The translations under genes were made by a program, and so were the position numbers. Positions 1 to 9,966 of a stretch of 64,000 bases of DNA are shown one piece after another. Origin of the DNA: Nitrospirota bacterium (GTDB taxonomy: Bacteria; Nitrospirota; UBA9217). The DNA lies in contig CAWJQQ010000006.1 of NCBI GenBank assembly GCA_963845065.1, positions 363,850 to 427,849 of the forward strand, written 5' to 3'. The notes below the pieces were generated by a model that had not been told where the DNA came from, did not search any database, and worked only from the letters and a program-made list of their open reading frames with translations. The first letter of the stretch is position 1; every line of letters begins with the position of its first letter.

Positions 1-492
1 TATCATAAGCGAAACAACGATTGCCGTGAGCGCTATAATGTAGGCTCCGGTGGACGAGAACCCGGAGAGCAACAGGTGAGCGAACAGACCGCCCAGCATT
101 CCGCCTGAAGGGACATCTTTTCCGAGCAGGCGGAGCGTTTCTCCCTGCAGCCCGAAGAACGCCGAGGAAGAGAAAAAAAGAACGATACCACCGACTTTTT
201 TTAGGTAAGGGTGAACCGGCACCCTGCCGAGCGCAAGGAACGCGGCGTAGCCGATCAAGAGGAGGGGCAGTAGATAGGCGGAAATACCGAAGAGACGAAG
301 GAGCACATCGGAGAGGTAGGCACCGATGATACCGATGATGTTTTGTGTCCTTAAATTGGTTCCGGAGACGCTGAAACAGGGGTCCGTTGGGCTGTACGAA
401 AGAAGGCTCAGCATAACAAGAAGCCCGGCGGCAAGCAGGAGCAGGCCCATCATTTCGTTCCAGTGTTTATGTTTTACTGCGGAAACCGCCAT
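1..492 (-). CDS. ftsK: DNA translocase FtsK/SpoIIIE, N-terminal 4TM region (runs off the window edge)
   Basis: Manual translation from ATG at 492 (AGGAG RBS upstream): MAVSAVKHKHWNEMMGLLLLAAGLLVMLSLLSYSPTDPCFS...NIIGIIGAYLSDVLLRLFGISAYLLP, matching the SY.P.DP...N..G..GAY.SD pattern of the FtsK 4TM domain. Confidence 0.8.
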   Translation of the reverse strand, partial: MAVSAVKHKHWNEMMGLLLLAAGLLVMLSLLSYSPTDPCFSVSGTNLRTQNIIGIIGAYLSDVLLRLFGISAYLLPLLLIGYAAFLALGRVPVHPYLKKVGGIVLFFSSSAFFGLQGETLRLLGKDVPSGGMLGGLFAHLLLSGFSSTGAYIIALTAIVVSLMI

Positions 493-621
493 AGACTCCT
501 AACCCGAACGGCTGGAAACTGAACTAGGCAAGACATGTCGCCGCACAGTTTCGAACAATCTAAGACACTGACGACACCAACGCTTTTCTTGCCATTTATT
601 ACTGACAAATCTTCATAGAAA

Positions 622-1083
622 TCACATTTCGTGCCCGAACCACACGCCACTGGCAACAGCCGTATAGCTGATAATCACGAGGAACCAATGCATAATATTG
701 ATGAGCCTCAGGGCCTGGTCCATATCAATCTTTTCTGGGTCGGCAAAAATCCTGCCAAAGATCTTCCGCTCTGACAAAAGTACAATGGTATAAAGCGCCC
801 AGGCAAATATCATAATTGCAATACCGATACCGCGGGCCTGTGCCAAAATGCCAAAACCATATTTTGCATAGAGTATCCAGAAGCCCGTGATGCCCACGAT
901 TGCGATCAACCACTTGACCATGCCTGCGAAACGGTGTTCCACGCGCTGGAACATGAGCGCTTTTTCAAGCGAGCCATCGCTCATGTACATCATAGGAAAG
1001 ATGACCGTAGTTACGAACGTCACCCCACCTATCCAGACGATGACGCAGATAGTGTGGATTATAAGCAAGATTGTCAGAAACAT
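622..1083 (-). CDS. Hypothetical 4-TM membrane protein (CopD/DUF2269-like)
   Basis: ORF 622..1155; likely start MFLTILL at 1083; H..(C)V..WIGG..F motif and four hydrophobic helices. Confidence 0.6.
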   Translation of the reverse strand: MFLTILLIIHTICVIVWIGGVTFVTTVIFPMMYMSDGSLEKALMFQRVEHRFAGMVKWLIAIVGITGFWILYAKYGFGILAQARGIGIAIMIFAWALYTIVLLSERKIFGRIFADPEKIDMDQALRLINIMHWFLVIISYTAVASGVWFGHEM

Positions 1084-1357
1084 GCGGCCCCCGTGTCCAG
1101 CCGGAGCAGGTTTGCCAGACAAACACATTATTTCATAAAGCGCTGCGAAATTCAAGATGTTTTGGAGTAATCACAGCCTTATTCACGGACAACGGATGCA
1201 AAGATTGTAGAGATAAAGAGAGCAGCCGTATACCTACGACTCATACAATGATTACTGCAGCCTCGAAGAAAGGGTAAAAAAATTCAGAACGTTTTCAATG
1301 CCGAGGTATCACCCAATTCTCGCCTCGCATTCCTCTGTGCACGCAGCAGTGAACTCT

Positions 1358-2392
1358 TTACGGAACCCTAACCACGATTTTCCCGAAGAACTGCCGGCTA
1401 AGCAGTTTCTCATAGGCCTTCTGTACATTGTTGAAGTCGAATACAGAATCGACTACCGTCTTTAAGTCCTCTGGAAATAGCCTGAGCACCTGCGCAAATT
1501 CGGCCCTTGGTCCCACGTACACACCGTGGATCGAGAGATTTTTCCCGAACAGGTAGCGGAGGCTCACATTCATTTCGTCGCCGCTCGTGTTACCGAATGT
1601 CACCAGCCTGCCTCCCCGTCTGAGGCACGCAAGTGACTTATTGATCGTAGCCGCTCCTACATGGTCTACAGCAATGTCCGCCTGCCGGCCGTTCGTTATC
1701 CGCTTTACAGCCTCTGCAAAATCTTCTTTCCGATGATTGATGACAAAGTCAGCCCCGAGCTCTTTTGCCTTCTCTATCTTCCAGTCGTCGCCCACCGTGG
1801 TGATGATCGTTGCATGGTACAGCTTAGCTACCTGGATGAGCGCTGTGCCCACCCCGCTTCCTGCCCCGTGGACCAAGACCGTGTCGCCTTGGTGAATACC
1901 CGCTCGCGCCACAAGCGAGTTCCATGATGTAGCGTAGGTAATACCTATTCCTGCTGCCTCGTCAAAGGTCAAGCCATCTGGTTTTTTAAAAATATTTGCT
2001 CCTGGTGCTTTTGCATATTCCGCTGACGCACCGTTAAAAATAACACCGAGAACTGAGAAGCTGTCGCACTCATTATCATGCCCGCTCATGCACCTATCGC
2101 ACTGTCCGCATGAAAGGCCAGGGAAGATGATCACTTCGTCGCCTGCTTTAACATGCTTCACGTATTTACCAGCTTTTTCAACGATTCCGGATGAGTCTGA
2201 ACCGAAGATATGGGGTAGTGGAATTTTAACGGGATAGTTCCCGCTCATGACCCAGACATCGAGGTGATTGAGCGAGAAAGCTTTTACCCGGACGAGGACC
2301 TCGTACTCACTTATTTCGGGGGCAGGCATTTCCCCCAATTTAATTTCTTGATATCCTTTTTGTTCGTTGTAAAAGAGCGCTTTCACAGTCAC
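1358..2392 (-). CDS. Zinc-binding alcohol dehydrogenase / quinone oxidoreductase (MDR family)
   Basis: 344 aa; CGQCDRCMSGHDNEC structural Zn cluster; VLVHGAGSGVG nucleotide-binding motif; FGKIVV C-terminus. Confidence 0.9.
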   Translation of the reverse strand: MTVKALFYNEQKGYQEIKLGEMPAPEISEYEVLVRVKAFSLNHLDVWVMSGNYPVKIPLPHIFGSDSSGIVEKAGKYVKHVKAGDEVIIFPGLSCGQCDRCMSGHDNECDSFSVLGVIFNGASAEYAKAPGANIFKKPDGLTFDEAAGIGITYATSWNSLVARAGIHQGDTVLVHGAGSGVGTALIQVAKLYHATIITTVGDDWKIEKAKELGADFVINHRKEDFAEAVKRITNGRQADIAVDHVGAATINKSLACLRRGGRLVTFGNTSGDEMNVSLRYLFGKNLSIHGVYVGPRAEFAQVLRLFPEDLKTVVDSVFDFNNVQKAYEKLLSRQFFGKIVVRVP

Positions 2393-3068
2393 CTTCCTTT
2401 GATTAAGTATATCCGTTTGGTGAGTGGCGTGTCAATGAAAGACAAGAAAAACCTTTATTCGCTCATCTACAGCTCCTAGTGAATGGTTGTTGAGAAAATA
2501 GTATGAATTTTTATGGAAAACCATTACTACCTATAAAAACCCTTTGAGCTGTGACAGCGGTCCTGCAAAATAAGGATTCGAACGACAGTAAGCCCGGAAC
2601 CATTCTTTTATGTTAAAAGTCAAACCTGGGTTCGACTGGGCAGACTGGCCGACAGGTTTTTCTCAGTTTTTTATTCGTTTTTGTTAATAATCATTAAAGT
2701 GTACCAGTCGAGGGGGCTTCCCAGCTGCATTGATCGTTTGCGAGACTTTGAGTCTGTTTGGAACAGAAATCAAATCTCACAAATGCCCCAGGATCGATTT
2801 TCCAGGGGCAGGCCATATCGTGATACCCCCCGTAGGACCCCTTTCTCGAGATTCATTCGCAGAACGGACAAATCTTTAAAACGACGCTTTATCAACAGAC
2901 ATGCTTACCCTATAAAGGCAGCTGCATTTCCTTGATCAGGTATTAAAGTTGTGGGTCCGCTGTCTATAGTTTTGCAGACATGCTTCCCTCGCCGGCTGCG
3001 AATGGCACAAAGCGTTACCCATGGTACATCAGGTCGTAAGATTGGCCGTCCTAACGTGATCCCGTTTC

Positions 3069-4010
3069 TTATTGTATAACCGCAGGCACATACTTCTGAT
3101 TCTTCAGGACGTATCTGATGCGGTTCAATAGTTTTCTGGCAATATGAACGATGGCCCTTGTTTTTGGCGTGTTTTTAGAGAGTCGTTCAAAGGTCATTAG
3201 CAACGCAGGGTCTTTCCGTACTGCAATCCAAGAGCTTTCAATAATCAAGTTTCGAAGTATTTGATTGCGTCGGTCGGTAATGCCTGTTGTAGTGTCCTTT
3301 TCTCCACTTGAGTCCGTGTTGGGACTGAAGCCGACATAGCTCGCAAGTTTGTCAAGTGATCCAAACCGATCGATATTACATAACTCCGTGAGAAACGTCA
3401 TGGCGGTGAGTGTGTTGATCCCCGAAGCGGTTCTTAATAACTGGGCATTTACCCTGCATTCATCGTTCCGAGAGAGCGCGCGAATGTTCTGGTTCAATTC
3501 GACAATGATCACGCGGATATGCCATAACTCATCGAGATGCACCTTAAAGGCGACATAGCCACTAGCCTTTTCCATGCGGATTTCCTCAGCCATTTAATAA
3601 ATTTGCTTGACCAGTTATGGTGGACAATGTCAGTTGGTATATGAATACCATTAAAAGCGAGCATAGACTTGATCTGGTTCTTGAAACGGGTCTGCTTCTT
3701 GACCATGTTTCGTCGGGTCCTAAGCAAGCTGCGATCTTCGATTTTTATCCGCGTGGGAACATAGATTCCTTCGAGTTCTCCGTTTCTGTGGTTGCGGGCA
3801 AGTTTGCGGCAATCTACCTTATCTCTTTGCCTGCCCGTTCTTTGTCTTTTGTAGGGACATCAGCGGGATTTACTACTATGCATTCGATACCTTTTTCTCG
3901 TAACTGTTCGTGGATCCAGAATCTGGAATACCCAGTTAAACGGCGTGATAGGTTGCGTCAGGGAAATTTCGGTTCAAGTAATTGGCAAGAACCGACGGCA
4001 TGGTGGTAAG
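3069..4010 (-). pseudogene. IS110-family transposase, frameshifted and 5'-truncated
   Basis: Fragments in several frames: NYLNRNFPDATY...NPADVPTKDKERAG..DKVDCRKLA; RTRRNMVKKQTRFKNQIK; FGSLDKLASYVGFSPNTDSSGE...LRNLIIESSWIAVRKDP...IARKLL. Confidence 0.85.
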
Positions 4011-4145
4011 TCAGACTTGCCTTTTAATCATAAGGTCTATTGTGGCGTGTACTACCCTCCAGCTTTGACAGGAATCTTTCGGACAGGATATGAAGTACTG
4101 ATTTCGAGCTTTTGTAAACGTTGATGACCGTATCAGAACTTCTGT

Positions 4146-4371
4146 GAGTCGCTTGACAAAATTTTCGATTCGGTACAGAAAACCTCTGACGAAATCACTC
4201 AGATAGCCACGTCCATCGAATAGCAGACATTGACGTCAGAGGATATTGCGAAGAACATAGAAGATGTTTCTCAGATAGCCAGCCGGACTCAGACATCCAC
4301 GAAAAAGTTGATGACGATCTTTGAAATTTTCGCAGCAGCTGGAGGCAACGGTGGATGAATTCAAGCTGTAA
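4146..4371 (+). pseudogene. Methyl-accepting chemotaxis protein C-terminal remnant
   Basis: Manual translation ESLDKIFDSVQKTSDEITQIATSIE*QTLTSEDIAKNIEDVSQIA...QQLEATVDEFKL*; MCP methylation-helix pattern with an internal stop, a frameshift and no 5' part. Confidence 0.65.
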
Positions 4372-4639
4372 ACCGTAACCGACGATTAATGTCCCTGGCT
4401 TTCGATAATTACAGTACTCATTATTGCTGTACTCTGAACCTCCCCTAGGACAAATCCCGGAGCTTGCGGAGTTGCAAGGTTTCCCTCAATGAAAGCTTGC
4501 TTTATTTTCGCCTTGTCCGTTTGACTCGTTCAATTACCTGCAAAACTTGTATGATCAGATGGTGAAGGGCCATCCCCGGTATTGACTCTGCAACAAATAG
4601 CATTTATAATGCCGATTACTATGACGTACCCAATTCTAA

Positions 4640-5539
4640 TTGAGCAAGATGAAGAGGTATAAACTTATAGCAAACCTTCACGCTGGACGAGGCAGGGCAG
4701 GCAGTATTGTGGACGAAGTGGTTCGCATCTTTAATGCCCGGAAGGCTCGTTTCGACCTTGAAACAACCACAGGGGCGGGAGATGCGGAGAACATCGCAGC
4801 TATCGCCTGCACCGGCGATGAGTATTCCGCGGTCATTTCCATCGGCGGCGACGGCACTGTGAACGATATCGTCCAGAAAGCGGTTTTTACTGGGAAGCCG
4901 GTCGGCGTTATACCTGCCGGGTCGGGAAACGACTTTTCAAAAGTCCTGAACACACCAAAAAAACTAGATGACATTGTTGACATGCTTCTCGCGGGCAGAA
5001 CGAAGGTCATTGACGTGGGCAGGATGAACAAACGTTTTTTTGCAAATAATATCGGAATCGGTTTTGACGCTGCGGTCAATTACAACACACAAAAGGTCAA
5101 ATGGATAAGAAGCGGTCTAGCTGTTTATGTCTGTGCGCTTTTGAAAACACTCAAACGGTACCGACCCTTACCGATGAAGATCACGATCAATGGCGAGGTA
5201 TTCGACCAAAACATGTTCTTGGTCAGTGTCGGCAACGGCACAACCTGCGGCGGTGGATTCAAACTCACGCCGCATGCGAAGATCGATGACTGGCTTCTCG
5301 ATATAACGATGGTAAAGCCTCTCAGCCTACTTCAGTTGCTCTGGCATTTTCCGAAGGTCTTTCAGGGAACGATAGACAAAACAAAATACACCGTTACTCG
5401 ACGGGCAGAGAAGCTGACCGTGGAAAGCTTTCATCCGCTACCGCTCCATGTTGATGGAGAAATTTATACTTTAGAAGAAGACGTATGCGAAATTTCAGTC
5501 GTACCTAACGCCTTGACAATAATCGGAAACTTTACCTAA
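4640..5539 (+). CDS. Diacylglycerol/lipid kinase family protein (YegS/Rv2252/BmrU)
   Basis: N..AGRG, GGDGTVN, IPAGSGNDF, GIGFDA and HVDGE motifs. Confidence 0.92.
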   Translation: MSKMKRYKLIANLHAGRGRAGSIVDEVVRIFNARKARFDLETTTGAGDAENIAAIACTGDEYSAVISIGGDGTVNDIVQKAVFTGKPVGVIPAGSGNDFSKVLNTPKKLDDIVDMLLAGRTKVIDVGRMNKRFFANNIGIGFDAAVNYNTQKVKWIRSGLAVYVCALLKTLKRYRPLPMKITINGEVFDQNMFLVSVGNGTTCGGGFKLTPHAKIDDWLLDITMVKPLSLLQLLWHFPKVFQGTIDKTKYTVTRRAEKLTVESFHPLPLHVDGEIYTLEEDVCEISVVPNALTIIGNFT

Positions 5540-5719
5540 AAAAATGAGGGTGATCTTTACAAGATGCGCTCACCACGCATGGTCGCAAAGTAATACTTTC
5601 AATACCTGTTCGCCCTGAGCAAGCGGAGCACTAAATAAAGGCTTGTTCAAGATCGACTCCTCTGTGTCTATCAATCTGCATACTATAATCACTTATACAC
5701 ATCGATCTTTCCCTTCCAA

Positions 5720-6318
5720 TACCCTCATGACGATGGCCATAAGGGGCAGATTCATCGAGAGGAAGTCGTAGTCGATTTTTTTAATACCTTCATCACAGGA
5801 ATGTTTTCGGTGTCACCAGCAATTCATGCGCTTATTACCAAAGGACAGCACATACCCATTCCCCTCACTTTTCGGATGCTAGGGTTGTCCCATATCTCGC
5901 TTATGCACTATGTTATACTCCGGGACAGCCTCAACCTGGATTCCCGACACCGTCCGGACTTCACTGTGTTGTACAACAATCTCTCCAAAATTTTTTCCGC
6001 GCATTTTGCAGTGAACAAGAGAACCGTGTCCTTCGTACGTATGTTTTGGATTGCTGCGGGATCAAGATGGTCGGCATGCTCATGAGCAATGAATACAATA
6101 TCAGTTTTTAAAAGTTTTGCATCGTCTGCCAGTTTGCTGAATGGATCGACGTGAAGTAGCTTCCCCATGAATTGAAGCATATGCGAACCATGTCCGATGA
6201 ACGTAATTAAGAGATTCGCGGAGGATATTTGTATGATGTCTTGTTCAAACGGTTCCCGTTCATGGACTTCAAGGGGATGTAATGCCCCTCGCGACATAGC
6301 TGGCACCGTTATTTTCAA
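5720..6318 (-). pseudogene. MBL-fold metal-dependent hydrolase, degraded
   Basis: ITFIGHGS...HVDPF...HEHADHLD in ORF 5908..6318; continuation across frameshifts YNIVHKR...GNGYVLSFG...IAGDTENIP...FLSMNLP. Confidence 0.75.
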
Positions 6319-6347
6319 AATGAGCCCTACTGTGTTTCATATTCTCA

Positions 6348-8831
6348 TCAGTCTTTTTTATCAATCGCTTTTAGTCTCCATATTTTATCAGCATATTCCC
6401 TGATCGTGCGGTCACTAGAAAATTTGCCCATGCCTGCGACGTTTAGAATCGAACGCTTGGCCCACTCCTCCTGGTCGCGGTATAGCGCATCGACCCGATC
6501 CTGGCACGCAATGTAGGACTCATAATCAGCAAGGAGCATGTAGTTGTCGCTTTCTGTGAGGGCATCAAATACAGGCTGGAAGCGGTCAGGTGCGTCTGGA
6601 GAGAAGTAGCCGCTATTGATCATATCCAGGGCCTGCTTGAGTTCGGCATTAGACTGGTAAATATCCCTGGCCCGGTATCCCCTTGCACGGAGAGAGACAA
6701 CCTCATCCGCGGTCATACCGAAGATGAAGATGTTCTCGCCACCGACCTCTTCCATCATCTCGATGTTCGCGCCATCTAGGGTCCCGATGGTCATCGCGCC
6801 GTTCAAAGCAAACTTCATATTACCTGTGCCCGAGGCCTCGGTGCCAGCCAAAGAAATCTGCTCGGATAAATCGCAAGCGGGAATAATCTTCTCGGCGTTC
6901 GACACGTTATAGTCAGCGATGAACACTACTTTCAAGAGAGGGGCAGACGCGGGGTCGTTGTTCACGACATCTCCCACGCAATGAATGAGTTTGATAATAA
7001 GCTTGGCCATGGCATACCCGGGCGCTGCCTTGCCGCCAAATATCATAGTACGCGGCACTAGGTCTATGGTCCGGCCTTCGCGGATGCGGTTATATCGCGT
7101 CACGATGTGCAACACGTTCAAGAGTTGCCGCTTATACTCATGGATACGCTTGATGTGTATATCGAAGAGTGAGGCGGGATCGACGCGGAGCTGAAGCCGC
7201 TTCCTAATTATCTCAGCCAGTCGAACCTTATTCACTTGCTTCACATCAACAAATTGTTTTCGGAATTCCCCCTCCTGAGAGAGTGGGATGAGTTTCATGA
7301 GCTCTGCAAGATCACAGACCCATTGGTCGCCAATCTGTAGCGTGATGAGCGCGGACAGCGCCGGGTTCGCCTGGTGCAGCCAACGTCGCGGAGTGACACC
7401 GTTGGTGATATTAATGATTTTATCGGGGGTGAAACGATCAAAATCCGCGAAGATCGTCTTTTTCATAAGATCCGTATGGATCTGCGAAACACCGTTGACT
7501 TTGTGGCTCCCCGCAATGGCCAGGTGGGCCATGCGCAAACGACGACCCGCCGTTTCATCAACAAGCGACATGCGTCGGAGCCGCTCGATATCGCCGGGAT
7601 AGCGGTGACGCACCTCTTCGAGAAACCGGTAGTTGATCTCGTAGATGATCTGCAGATGGCGCGGAAGAACCTCTTCGAAAAGGTGGACGGGCCATGTTTC
7701 AAGCGCCTCGGGCATGAGCGTGTGATTGGTGTAGGAGAAAGTGCGGCGCGTAATATTCCAAGCGCGGTCCCAGTCTAGGTGATGAAAGTCGATTAGTACT
7801 CGCATGAGCTCGGGGATGGCAATGGAAGGGTGTGTATCGTTCAACTGGATTGCAACCTTATCCGGTAGCTCGTCAAGGTTCGAATGATATTTGGTAAAGC
7901 GGCGGAGAATATCTTGGAGCGACGCGCAAACGAAAAAGTACTGCTGTTTGAGCCGCAGCTCCCGTCCCATTTCCGTTGTATCATCTGGATAGAGGACTTT
8001 GGAAAGATTTTCCGATTCATTCTTCTCGGCCACTGCTTTGATATAGTTTCCCTCGTTGAAGTATTTAAGGTTAAAATCACGTGATGCCTTGGCGGACCAT
8101 AGCCGCATGTTGTTCACTGTGCTCGTGTCGTACCCGGGCACCGGAGTGTCGAAAGCCATGGCCATCACGTCTTCGGTCTCTACCCAGTGGTACTTCAAAG
8201 CGCCATTATCGTCTTTGATCTGCACGACCCTGCCGCCGAACTTAACCGGGAAGAGCACTTCGGGCCTGGGAAACTCCCAAGGATTTCCGTAGCGCAGCCA
8301 GTTGTCGGGATGCTCCACCTGGTAGCCATTCTCAATGCGCTGGTTGAACATACCGTATTCGTACCGGATGCCGTACCCGTAACCAGGCAGGGACAGGGTG
8401 GCCATGGAGTCGAGAAAGCAGGCTGCAAGCCGGCCAAGTCCACCGTTTCCGAGCGCAGCGTCTGTTTCCAGTTCGCGGATCCGCTCGATATCGAGCTCCA
8501 GGTCAGCAAGGGCCTCGCAACACTCTTCATAGAACCCCATGTTCAAGAGGCTGTTCGAGAGAAGGCGGCCGGTCAAAAACTCCATAGAGAGATAGTAAAC
8601 GCGCTTGGCATCGAATCGGTAGTAGTTGCGCATCGTTTCCATCCAGCGCTCTATCAGCCGCTCGCGCACGGCATATGCCGTGGTGTGGAACCAGTCGCGG
8701 TGAGTGGCTGTGATTGGGTCCTTCCCCATAGAGTAGATCAATCGGTTGGAGAGCGAGTGTTTGAGAGAGGTCCGGTCATTGCCTAACTTGTCGTACTGGA
8801 AGGTGCTTAGCTTGTTTTTATTGTTGGACAT
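6348..8831 (-). CDS. glgP: Glycogen/alpha-glucan phosphorylase
   Basis: 827 aa; LGNGGLGRLAACF, QLNDTHP, KRIHEYKRQ and EASGTGNMKF (PLP lysine) motifs. Confidence 0.97.
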   Translation of the reverse strand: MSNNKNKLSTFQYDKLGNDRTSLKHSLSNRLIYSMGKDPITATHRDWFHTTAYAVRERLIERWMETMRNYYRFDAKRVYYLSMEFLTGRLLSNSLLNMGFYEECCEALADLELDIERIRELETDAALGNGGLGRLAACFLDSMATLSLPGYGYGIRYEYGMFNQRIENGYQVEHPDNWLRYGNPWEFPRPEVLFPVKFGGRVVQIKDDNGALKYHWVETEDVMAMAFDTPVPGYDTSTVNNMRLWSAKASRDFNLKYFNEGNYIKAVAEKNESENLSKVLYPDDTTEMGRELRLKQQYFFVCASLQDILRRFTKYHSNLDELPDKVAIQLNDTHPSIAIPELMRVLIDFHHLDWDRAWNITRRTFSYTNHTLMPEALETWPVHLFEEVLPRHLQIIYEINYRFLEEVRHRYPGDIERLRRMSLVDETAGRRLRMAHLAIAGSHKVNGVSQIHTDLMKKTIFADFDRFTPDKIINITNGVTPRRWLHQANPALSALITLQIGDQWVCDLAELMKLIPLSQEGEFRKQFVDVKQVNKVRLAEIIRKRLQLRVDPASLFDIHIKRIHEYKRQLLNVLHIVTRYNRIREGRTIDLVPRTMIFGGKAAPGYAMAKLIIKLIHCVGDVVNNDPASAPLLKVVFIADYNVSNAEKIIPACDLSEQISLAGTEASGTGNMKFALNGAMTIGTLDGANIEMMEEVGGENIFIFGMTADEVVSLRARGYRARDIYQSNAELKQALDMINSGYFSPDAPDRFQPVFDALTESDNYMLLADYESYIACQDRVDALYRDQEEWAKRSILNVAGMGKFSSDRTIREYADKIWRLKAIDKKD

Positions 8832-8914
8832 GGATTCTCCAGGTTGTCCTTTTTTTATTTACCTGAAAAAAAATCAATGGAAGGACCTTTTTTCGAGAAA
8901 TGCGAGGCACTCCA

Positions 8915-9508
8915 TTATCGACTGCTGAGGGCTTTCCGGAATACCTCGAGGGACTGGACACCAATAATGGACTTTTTCATGCCGATGAAAAACGTTGGCA
9001 CACCCGTTACGCCCAGTCGTGCAGCATCATTCTGGACCTCCACGAGCTTCGACAGGTACTTGCCGCTTTCAACACCCTGGATCATGGCCTCAGCATCGAG
9101 ACCAGTGTCGCATGCGATTTGCCTAAGCACGTTGAGATCGCCGATGTTGAGACCCTCAGAAAAGTAGGCAGTAAAAAGAGCTTGGTGATACTCCTGGAAT
9201 TTGGCGTTATCGCGCGCAAACTCAACTGCCTGGAGTGCCAAGCGTGAATTGGACAGGAGCGGACGGTCAGCGAAAGTTATTCCGAAAGCCGCGCCCATGG
9301 TACGAAGGTGTTCCATCATGCGCTGGATGTCTGCAGGGCTAAAGCGTTTGGCCATAAGAGTTCCCTCCTGCGGCGTCTCGGGGTGAATCTCCAAACCTCT
9401 CCACGCAACCGCGAGATCAAACTCCTGCTTTAGCTTTTCGACGATGCCCTCGCCGATATAGCAGAATGGTCAAATATAATCGGAAAAGACCTGAATGCTA
9501 GTGCTCAT
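8915..9508 (-). CDS. DsbA/FrnE-family thiol-disulfide oxidoreductase, probable selenoprotein (UPFC)
   Basis: ATG at 9508 reads MSTSIQVFSDYI-TGA-PFCYIGEG, in frame with ORF 8915..9394 (LEIHPE...GVTGVPTF). TGA at 9472-9470 occupies the first Cys of CPFC. Confidence 0.82.
9438..9456 (-). promoter_or_regulatory. Putative bacterial SECIS hairpin
   Basis: Minus strand UCGGCGA-GGGCA-UCGUCGA: 7-bp stem with one G-U pair, G-led 5-nt loop starting 20 nt after the UGA. Confidence 0.6.
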
Positions 9509-9966
9509 GTGCCCGCCTATCTCAAAACGCCCATAGATATTGATATAATACCATTTTTTTCAATAGTTGGCTCTATTAATTGGCTTTATGCTTTCTTCTA
9601 CTGCAAGACCATGGCAAATGTGAAGATGTTCGAAAAACGCAATATCAATTGTTCTTAATAATTGAGAATCATGGGAGAAACGACGACATTCTTCCGAATC
9701 TACGACCTGCCAGGGCTCGAATGAGCCGACGCCCTGCTTCAACTGCTTGAACTTGTTGTCAGTGATAAGACTCAGGATCTTGGAGTCCTAACGGAGGCCC
9801 ATGAGCACGCTACCCTGGATAAAAGCGCAGAGATACTTGACATTGAATAATGACTTGAATTATGCGGTTTCTGAAAATAGCCTCTTTCCCTTTCGTGATC
9901 TCTGTGTTCATTGCTGTTGCATTTTTTTTCTGGATTGCGCGGCATACATTCCGGATGAAAATAGGT

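Noticed and set aside
4221..4223. In-frame TAG in the MCP fragment as possible pyrrolysine/readthrough
   Set aside because: The fragment also lacks its 5' end and has a frameshift, so it is ordinary decay
9560..9860. Short ORFs between the DsbA-like gene and rnj
   Set aside because: Possibly a gene relic, but no family could be recognised
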